Source: Octopus sinensis (taxonomy: Eukaryota). From it: a DNA stretch of 64,000 bases. The position numbers and the translations under genes are program-made. Shown here piece by piece: positions 54,306 through 64,000 of this stretch; within the stretch, counting starts at the first letter, position 1, and every line of letters begins with the position of its first letter. The stretch lies in the NCBI RefSeq assembly GCF_006345805.1, contig NC_043000.1, forward strand, positions 157,666,001 through 157,730,000, in the 5' to 3' direction. The notes beneath the pieces were generated by a model. It was not told the DNA's origin. It did not search any database and saw only the letters and a program-made list of their open reading frames with translations.

Positions 54306-54754
54306 ATATATACTATATATTTATATGTATGTATAATATGTATATATATATGTCTTAGCAATTAGACGACCCATATTACACAAAACACCAACATACATAC
54401 ATATATTATATAATATTATATGTAATATAGACATAATATATATGTATATATATTATGTATATATGTATATATTATATATGTATATATAGATATATATATC
54501 TATATATTATATATATATTATATTAATATATATATATATAATAATTATATGATATATAAATGCTTCTGTCGTAAGTTCGTGCAATGCGATGCGCAAAATT
54601 AAAATTATAAAATGGAGACAATTTGCCCATCGCGCTTTGTGTGTGTGTACGAAATCAAAACAACAACAATAGTAGCGATGTTAATGACAACAATAGACTC
54701 CAACAAAGCCACTAAAAGAAAATTATATATATGTATGTATATGTATATATATAA

Positions 54755-54785
<31 letters not shown>

Positions 54786-56717
54786 CTGTGTGTGTGTGTG
54801 TGTGTGTGTGCGTGTATGTGTGTGTGTGTGTTTCTGTGTAGGGGCATGTATATATGCGTGTGTATTCGCGTGTATATATAAATACACATATCTGTATTCC
54901 TGTGTTTTAATGATTTGGCACTGAAATTAAAAAATTGTGATTTGCCAAGTAATGAGTACCTATTTAAAAGTCATGTTTATTTAACATCGTGTAGTTGTTT
55001 ATAGTACTGCATACTATAATATCCGTAAAGATTGGTCCAGCATTTTCAATAAAACTGTACTGATCTATGTATGATAGGTTAGAAATTATCGCCCAGTGCA
55101 AGCACAGCAGTAGATGTTCTCTTCTGTTTCTTCATTAAAAAGAACTTCTTTAAAAATGTATTTTACTCGATATAAATGGAATCCAATTGCCAGGTATTTT
55201 ATTAAATGCTGATAGTATAAACATACTTCAAGACAGATATGTACGTAGCAAATGATATCACATCATCTTGCCCGCCTTTATCAAGAAAATAATAAATAAA
55301 CTACGGAGCCTCTTTAGAATTGATAAATGAGAGCAAAAGGTAAAGAATGAAACAAAAATAAAATAAGCGACAGAGAGAGAGAGAAAGAGAAAGAGAAATA
55401 GAGAGAGCAAGAGAGGAAGTGAGAAAGAGAAATGGAATTAAATCTTAGAGCAACAATAAACGTCACAAGTCAAAAGTTCAAAAGATTATAAATATTCTAT
55501 AAATATAAGCACACACTGCTAATCAAGATGGACAATTAAGGGAATCAGAGAATTCAAAGACTTTAAACGAAGAGACTCTGCTCCGTTGGGTGTAAATATC
55601 TATTTAAGTTCTTTTGATGTTGTCTTCAGCACCAACCCGCCTATTCTCATTCTCACCAACCTTTCCACTTCCTCTTTTATTCCTTTGTGAAGACTTTCTT
55701 AAATCTATTCGGTGTAATGATTTCGCGCGTGTGCGTGCTTCCGACAATATATGTGTAAGTGTACATTCCTTTGTATTTAAGTCATATATGTGTGTGCGTC
55801 TATAAAGCTTTGAGTGTATAAAATCGTTGTATCCATTTTTTGTGGTTTATAGAATTAGACCAATATTTCGCTTATAGTTTTTTTAGTATTGTTTCTGAAA
55901 CCTTGTACTTGTTATTCCATAGGTGTGATCTTAGTGTGTAGATTAACGCCACCACCTTTCTACTTGCAGCCCAATGTGAGAAGAAGGGCAAAGGCTCAAG
56001 ATATTAGAAAATCCCCTTACATGGCCCTGCTTTGTCTAAAGTATCAGTAAATAAATTACTTTAATATATTAAATTGATGTGCAAAAACTATTATGAACTT
56101 CCATATAAAATTTGTATTGCATATATATATATATATATACATATATTTATATTTACTTCTAATCACACACTACGGGCTCAGATAGTTCTAGATAAAATAT
56201 GTCTGAATAATAGACGAGAATTTCACACCTGAATGCCTTTGATCATAGGCTTAACTAAATCAGCGTTGACCTAGACTAAATAACCACATCAGCAACCACA
56301 ACAACTAAATTCAGTTATAATAACTTGGCTAGCTTTAAGCAAGGAACGGCTGTGATAATTAAGATAAAATTGCATTACGTCTTACTGTTAATTGTAATGG
56401 TTATGAAATCGATCTGATTGATTCTAGAATACAAACTGTCGAGAGGAAATATGGATCAGGTTTGTTGCCTAGCAAGTAATATGGTTGTTAAATTGAATCT
56501 GCCTCGTTGATTAAAAGATAATTAGGATTGAAAAGTTGGATCTTGCTGGCTTGTGCATTGATCTGCACGTGTTAAATCTCAATCTGCTCAACACAACAAC
56601 GAACATTCTTGCTTCATTCCTGTTCATAAACATGATTAGATGCATAAGTCCATCCATCCATCCATCCATCCATCCATCCATACATCCATCCATCCATCCA
56701 TCCATACATCCATCCAT

Positions 56718-56934
56718 CCCCCTTCCACCTCCACTTGTTGCCAGCCGGCACAAACGCACGGGCGGACAGCTGAAGACCTGGGCAACGACGATAAAGGAGG
56801 ACCTCTCCTATCTCTCAGGACGCACAGGACCGTCGAACGTGGGCCGCGATGGTACGTGATGCCGTTAGGACCAGAGAAGAAGCCGGCTTAACTCGCCCTG
56901 GATGAACGCGGTCACAAGTACAAGTACAAGTACA
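56718..56934 (+). mobile_element. 3' end of an RTE-clade LINE with (CAAGTA)n tail
   Basis: [20 protein letters not shown]...[14 protein letters not shown]; terminal (CAAGTA)x3. Confidence 0.7.
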
Positions 56935-56955
56935 TACATACATATATACATACAT

Positions 56956-56994
<39 letters not shown>

Positions 56995-56998
<4 letters not shown>

Positions 56999-57340
56999 CG
57001 AGACAAAACACAACAAACAAGGAAAGACTTATCAATACATACAAATTTTTAATATAAAGAAATAAACCGCCACTACAATCGTTTCATGTCTTCAATGACA
57101 TTCGTCAGGTGGATTTTCGATCTCCTAATCTGTTTTTAATTTATGAAGTCATTGAATGACGATTGTAGTGGCGGTTTATTTCTTTATATTAAAAATATTA
57201 GGTATTGATTAAGTCTTTCCTTGTTTGTTTTGCAAAATAGTGGTTTTGTCTCGAATTATATTATATAATATTTTACTATAAAATTGGATTTAATCCTAAA
57301 TCTGAATTTCCCTGTAATTTGGATTTATTCCCTAATATTT

Positions 57341-57400
<60 letters not shown>

Positions 57401-57805
57401 ATATATATATATATATATAAATATTATATATATATATATATACTAGGCAATAAATGGTTTAGCAACGAATTGCCTTACCACATACCGAATTTAGAAATAG
57501 CAGTCAAAGAGTTATAGCTATTTCTTCTACTAAAAAGGGAGATCTCAGTAAAAACAGCAATTGGAAGGCAGACACAAACAGTAATATATATATATATATA
57601 TGTAAAATAATAAATATTAGGGAATAAATCCTAATTTACAGGGAAAAAAATCAGATTTAGGATTAAATCCAATTTTATAGTACAATATTATATAATATTA
57701 TTAGAGACAAAACCACTATTTTGCAAAACAAACAAGGAAAGACTTAATCAATACATAAAATTTTAATAAAAAGTCAAAAAAACCGCCACTACAATTGTTT
57801 CATAT
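56995..57805. mobile_element. Cluster of Penelope-like termini in alternating orientations within (TA)n
   Basis: 56995-57090 is inverted against 57160-57258, and 57160-57345 is inverted against 57610-57800; carries the HHR at 57070-57112 and two truncated HHR halves. Confidence 0.75.
57070..57112 (-). ncRNA. Type I minimal hammerhead ribozyme in a Penelope-like element terminus
   Basis: Minus strand reads CCAC-CUGACGA-AUGUC(AUUGAA)GACAU-GAAAC-GAUU-GUA-GUGG: intact CUGANGA/GAAA core, 5-bp stem II, 2-bp near-palindromic stem III, GUA site (cleavage 3' of base 57074), 4-bp stem I CCAC/GUGG. Confidence 0.85.
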
Positions 57806-58214
57806 ACATATTAGTATTTATTGAATACATTAACATAAATACGAAGATATCATTAGAGCATTCCCTCTAGAATTTCTATCATTTGCAAACTCAACAGGCC
57901 GGATATATTTGCGTGAGAAAGACACAAAGAGAGTATGTATTGTAAAAGTGGCCAGCTGTCCTGCTGATGTGAATATTTCGAAAATCAGAGAAACTGGATA
58001 GCTACAAACAATGCTTCGAAACTTTTAGCTCCTATACTCAGATTATAAATTCACATTTTATATCAATAATAATTGGTACTTGGCTTTGTTTATAGATACC
58101 TAAGGAGCAATCAGGAAAGTCTAGGGTTTTCAGAAAAATAATTCAACCGGCTAACTTGCACATTACGCATGTAATCTGCACAATGCACCTGTAATCAGAG
58201 TGATTATAGTTTCT

Positions 58215-58535
58215 ACTATATTGTGGGTTCTTATTTCTTTGTCCTCGGGATTATCCTCCCGGTAGATTTCATTATAGAGTGTCCTAGCTACAACATCATG
58301 TCTCGTCAGTAGATAATACTGTGATGACACTTTCGGAAAGCTGCTTATGATGTGGGTGATATATTCAGCGTGAACTCCACAAAGCCTGCATCGGTTGTCA
58401 CATTTTACGGCTTTCCCCGCATCTCTATCCCTTTCGTGCATCAGGTACTTGATTGATATTTCCTGTTCCTGGATTGCAAACGCGTACCCTTCAAAGTGAA
58501 AGGCAGTAATCCGGCTTTTGGTCCATGATAAACTG
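58215..58535 (-). pseudogene. Remnant of an RLE-type (R4/Dong-like) non-LTR retrotransposon, post-RT Zn-knuckle region
   Basis: EGYAFAIQEQEISIKYL...CDNRCRLCGVHAEYITHIISS.PK....Y...RHDVV matches the AxQEQ / CRxC..E...H...C / RHD pattern. Confidence 0.75.
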
Positions 58536-59193
58536 CTCTGTTGATCAATATTACAATCATCACGGAGCTTTATACTAACATATCAATGCATACTCTTCTG
58601 CTCATACGTATGTATGTATGTATGTATGTATGTATGCATGTATGTATGTATGTATGTATGTATGTATGTATGTATGTATGTATGTATGTATGTATGTATG
58701 TATGTGGGCATGTATATGTGCTAGTGTATGTGTGTATGTACGACACATATATTGTGACTACAGCATCGCGGCATGTTAAATAGTTCATTTGATAATCTGA
58801 AGTTCTCGACTTCAATCCAACGGAGCAAATATCTTTCCTCTGCCACAGCCATGAATGTATTAACAAATAAAAAAAATATAAATCTAATATCCATTATCGA
58901 TAGCCAAGAGTTGAGAGACATTCCCAAACAAAGCGCAATGTGCAGAAACAAGACGCAAATGCCCGCAGAAGATTTGAATACACAAACTATGGACTGGTTG
59001 TCGCAAATCATTTCTTTTCGTTCATAGAACTGGTACTACTTCTGTTATGATAATTAAGCCATTCTAAACAACAAATAACGTTAGTGACATGAAGAAAATT
59101 TATAAGATTATCACCACAATGTTCTTCACATTGAATTTTTCTTCTTTAATTTTTTAGATTAGTTACATTAATGTTTTCAGTAATATAATAATA

Positions 59194-59247
<54 letters not shown>

Positions 59248-59279
59248 TAATAATGATGATGATGATGATGATGATGATG

Positions 59280-59319
<40 letters not shown>

Positions 59320-60152
59320 TAATAATAATAATGAGAAGAAGAAGAGAAGAAGAAGAAGAAGAAGAAGAAGAAGAAGAAGAAAAGAAGAAGGAGAAGAAGG
59401 AGGAGAGATGAAAAAAGAAGAAGGAGAAGAAGGGGGAGGAGGAGAAGAAGAAGTAGAAGAAGAAGGAGAAGAAGGAGAAGAAGAAAAAAAGAAGAAGGAG
59501 AAGAAGAAGGAAGGAGGAGGAAAAGAAAGGAAAGAAAAACCATGAGCATGACCACAACTAGAACAACAGCAGCAGCAGCAGAAGCAGCAACAGCAACAAC
59601 AACAACAATAACAATGATAATGGCTGGTTTTTAAGGAAGAGTTGGAAAAGTATTTTCCCAAATGATTTCATTTCTAATTAGTGAAAAGATGCTGTATTTT
59701 AAGACTTTTTTTTCGTTCGCCAAGTTTTTCATCCGATTGATATGAATGGCACAAAATATGCCATTGGTCGGTCATTTGGGGAAGTTGGCACAATTTTTGT
59801 CTCTGGTACAAGTATTAAATTCACATTGTCTGAATCTGTCTAGCGGTAACAATAGACTATTCCAGTACTGCACTAACGTTAACGAGGTTTTCGGTGTCTT
59901 AGAATGATTATATTATTTAGCCAAATAATCCAATTTGCATTACTTCCCTTATGTAATGGTGGTAGAATGGTCGTTCACACCATAACTCCTGTTAATTATC
60001 TTCGAAGCTTTAAATGCTAGTTTGTTAACGTGAAATAATTGACAAAATTTGATTAGCTTCGACACACAAAATATAATTTTTGTGTGAACAGAAATAATCG
60101 TATTCAGCATATCTTATTTAATGCAGATATACAGTAGAAAGCCACACAATTT

Positions 60153-60383
60153 GATTCTTTATTACCCACAAGGGGCTAAACATAGAGGGGACAAACAAGG
60201 ACATACAAATAGATTAAGTCGATTACATCGACGCCAGGGCGAAACTGGCACTTAATTTATCGACCCCGAAAGGATGAAAGGCAAAGTCAACCTCGGCGGA
60301 ATTTGAACTCAGAACGTAATGGCAGACGAAATACGGGTATGCATTTCGCCCGGCGTGCTAACGGTTCTGCCAGCTCGCCGCCT
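60153..60383 (-). mobile_element. tRNA-like SINE family B (tail type B1), near full length
   Basis: Head GGCGGCGAGCTGGCAGAA...GAGTTCAAATTCC, core TTGCCTTTCATCCTTTCGGGGTCGATAAATTAAG, tail ...TTTAGCCCCTTGTGGGTAATAAAGAA. Confidence 0.85.
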
Positions 60384-60809
60384 AATTAGCAGTGTGCTAA
60401 TGAATCTACTTGCTTGTTGATTGTAGAAAGCCACACAATTGCACCTCTCATCGACTTATAATAGTGGAAAGCACAGAGAAATATCAGACTTAGAAAAGGA
60501 AAATTTACCATGGAAAAAGTTATAATATCTTGAGAGTGTTACAGAATTACTCCCTTTTAATCATATGTGTATGTATGTGATCGGTTTGAAAAATTAAGAT
60601 ATTAAAATAATTTTCTGAACATGAAACCAATGGTAGCCTTAATACAAAATTAATGAAATTCTATTCACCAATGTGGTGAACAGCATCTACTTTCAGTTCC
60701 CGAAGTTGTCTTTGCCTCTTTTGTTCGGGACATTAGAACCATATGTGTTTGTGTGTGTGTATGTGTGAGTGTCTCTGTGCGTATGTGTGTGTGAATATGT
60801 ACGTATATA

Positions 60810-60890
<81 letters not shown>

Positions 60891-62761
60891 ATCAATAAAG
60901 GAGAGAAAGGAAATTTGTATATGAAATACACGTTATATACTTAAATAAGTAAAAAAGAATAATAAAGAGTTTTTAATTTGCTAGCTTTTGAGAATTTAGG
61001 CAGCGTGAATTAAGATAAATCAGGCACATAAATAGATCACACGCATAACTGATATATGCATATATAAAATATGATGAGTATTTTGCCTTTCAAGAATGGT
61101 GGAATGGCAAAAGTAACTCTCCATTAGGAACTAAAAACCAACTGAACTGAACTTTGCTTTACATGTCTTTGAAAACAACAATATAGAACCAATGAGACTG
61201 GAGACGATTTAAGAGATTGCGTTTCTGTCAATATGGGTATAAGTGAACCAACATTAGAAACCGTTATAATGGATGCGACGAGCTGCCAGAGACGTTACAG
61301 CTTTGAATGGAATCCGATCTTTTGTTCCAGCATTTTGCATTCTTAGTACAAATCCTACGCCGTAGTAAACCCAATTTGTCGCTGATTTTACTCCACCACC
61401 CGGCACCGGGTTAACTTTTAATAGAGTTTACTCGAACAGTTAGCTCGGTAATGTGCCATGAGCAATAGCTCACCGCCGACTTCAAAAGGAAAAAGTCCCG
61501 ATACTGTATTTCTTCCCCAAGAGTGGTAACTGAAGGACACCATGTATCATGACAATCTACTTACAAATGTCATGGGCTCTCACTTCTAGCAATGGACATA
61601 GTACTTAAAATGTTATAGGAAATATTTCACGCACAAAACAGGTCAAATGGTGCAGAGTAGAAACTTCCCAAAGTTTAAAATGTTGAAAGCGCAGCCAAAT
61701 CGATGACTGTTTCTTTAATTTTACATTGTTTAAGTTTATAAATAAACCTAGATAAAAGTGAAACAAATCCTCTTTTTCAGCAATTGTCCATCGCTTTCCA
61801 TCATAACTGTGTACAATTAAGAGACGGGAATACTTGAGTGTAAGATCATTCCATGCCACTACGAAGACAGTACCAGCTTCAATTTCGACATAATAGATGT
61901 AAATATCTCATCATTTAAAAGGTTCGAAGACGTATATAAAAAAAGTATGGATTATTCTATGCTGTTTTAAGAAAGAACACAAATAATTTTATTCACTTGT
62001 CAGCTTCCGTTTCAGTCATCAACTGATTATGACTGGGTGGAAATCACAGTCGTAACACATGGCCTTGCAGAATTCATCACTTTTCAAGTTTCACAATAGT
62101 GGATTTCTTTCACACAGAGTGACAAACAGGCAGAAAAATAGAACAGAATAACCTCAGTACAGGATTGACGAAATATTAGTCATATGGAATTGTGAAAAGC
62201 GAAGTTGAACGTAGATACGTAGCTTTAAATCCAAATGATAGTATTTTTTAAAATATTATAATTACCTGTCGTCCCAATTTACTATAAATTTGACGCTAGA
62301 TGTTAAAAGTGTCATATAAACTGGTCAGGTAAAAGCGAAACCCGTGGCAAGAAATTACTTACTGTCCCCTCCCCCCCTCCCAAAGAAAAAGAAATCAAAA
62401 GTAAAAGAAAATAAATGATACAATGTATAAAAGAAAATAAGAAAATACTTTAATAATGTATAGAAATCAATAAACAAAATTCTAAATGAATTATAACAGA
62501 CACATAAACAAAAAGCTACAGGGAAAAAGAAAGCAGATAAATATTTAAAATTCTGTAAGAAACTGAAAACATAAACAAGTATTGTCACTTTAATGGAAAA
62601 TAACAATGCATGGAAGAAAATGAGAATTTACAAATGAAGAGATGAATAAAACTGCACATAAATTTTCCTTTCAAAATAAAGAAAAAAGTGAAGGGTAATA
62701 TGTTTGTTTTTGTTTTCCAGTTTCAGCTCTTGAGCTGTGGCCATGCTGGGGCACCGCCATT

Positions 62762-62923
62762 GTGGTGAAAGAGTACAGCAGGGATCACCACCCCCTGCCG
62801 GAGCCTCGTAGAGCTTTTAGGTGTTTTCGCTCAATAAACACACACAACGCCCGGTCTGAGAATCGAAACCGCGATCCTGCGACCGCGAGTCCGCTGCCCT
62901 AACCACTAGGCCATTGCGCCTCC
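62762..62923 (-). mobile_element. SINE family A 5' portion
   Basis: Matches the family A head (GGAGGCGCAATGGCC...GATCGCGGTTTCGATT). Confidence 0.85.
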
Positions 62924-63293
62924 AATATATGTAGCTAATATATAAAAAATTTAAAGAAACACACGAACATACGCAGACACTTATACTGAGAAATAGACAT
63001 ACATACATGCGCAGGCACTACAATGAGAAGAATAATTTTTGGCACACTTATACACACGCGCCCACACAGGAACACAATTAAATATACCGACCAACAATGT
63101 GTGAAAATATTAATTATATAAAATGTCATTAAAACCAATAAAGAAAAATTTAAAAAAAACAAGCGAAACAGGAAATAGGGTGAACCTACTGAAGAAAAAA
63201 CACACACAAACACACATTCATACACAAACACTCACACAACTTGCAGACGTACACACGTACATACTTATACATCTCGTGCATGCATGCATATAT

Positions 63294-63519
63294 ACTTTTT
63301 TACTCTTTTATTTGTTTCAGTTGTTTGACTGCGGCCGTGCTGGTGCACCGCCTTTAGTCGAGCAAATCGTCTCCAGAGCTTACTGTTTGTAAGCCTAGTA
63401 CCTACTCTATCGTCCTCTTTTGCCGAACCGCTAAGATGCGGGGGCGTAAACACACCAGCATCTGTTGTCAGTCGTAGTTAGGGGGCGAAACACAGACACA
63501 CAAATATATATACAAGGAC

Positions 63520-63550
<31 letters not shown>

Positions 63551-63713
63551 CGACGGGCTTCTTTCAGTTTCCGTTTAACATATCCACTCACAAGGCTTTT
63601 GTCTACCCGAGGCTATAGTAGATAACACTTGGCCAAGGTGGCACACAGTAGAACTGAACCCGGAACCATGCGGCTGGTAAGCAAGCTACTTACCACTAAG
63701 CCATTTCTGCACC
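63294..63713 (-). mobile_element. SINE family C, full length
   Basis: Collinear with the other family C copies. Confidence 0.85.
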
Positions 63714-63894
63714 TATACACACACACACGCACACACGGACAAAAACACACACACACATGCACATATATGCATTATGTGTATATATATGCTTATGTATGAG
63801 CACATGAGCACAGACACGTCTCTGTATGAATACACACACTTACGCACACACACAGACACGTATGTGTGTGTGTGTGTGTATGTATATGTGTGCG

Positions 63895-64000
63895 TGAAGG
63901 CGAATAGCTCAGTGGTTTAGAGTGTCGGGCTCCCAATCGTGAGGTAGTCAGTTCAACTCCCAGATCGGGCTGTATGTTAAATCACGTTGCTCCAGTTCAC
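63895..64000 (+). mobile_element. tRNA-derived SINE head running off the window end
   Basis: TAGCTCAGTGG A box and AGTTCAACTCC B box after GAAGGCG. Confidence 0.6.

Overview
AT-rich eukaryotic, repeat-saturated DNA. The tRNA-derived SINE families, Penelope-like ends and microsatellite load look like an octopod cephalopod (Octopus-like) genome; this is an inference from remembered repeat families, not a database hit. No host protein-coding gene can be identified with confidence: nearly every ORF in the track is translated microsatellite, and only a few splice-bounded open frames are offered as weak exon candidates. Recognisable content: four or more SINE families (with tail swapping and one nested insertion), Tx1-clade LINE fragments that all abut (TATC)n, decayed Penelope-like (PLE) RT fragments and termini, R4/Dong-like and RTE remnants, a DD37D/maT-type mariner relic, a non-autonomous Helitron, and several local duplications. 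The most interesting signal is a set of type I hammerhead ribozyme (HHR) motifs read by eye in PLE-like termini beside (TA)n tracts: one with a canonical core at 57070-57112 (-), a 118-bp palindrome with one HHR on each strand (29661-29778), and degenerate copies at 52662-52706, 23930-23969 and 24372-24405.
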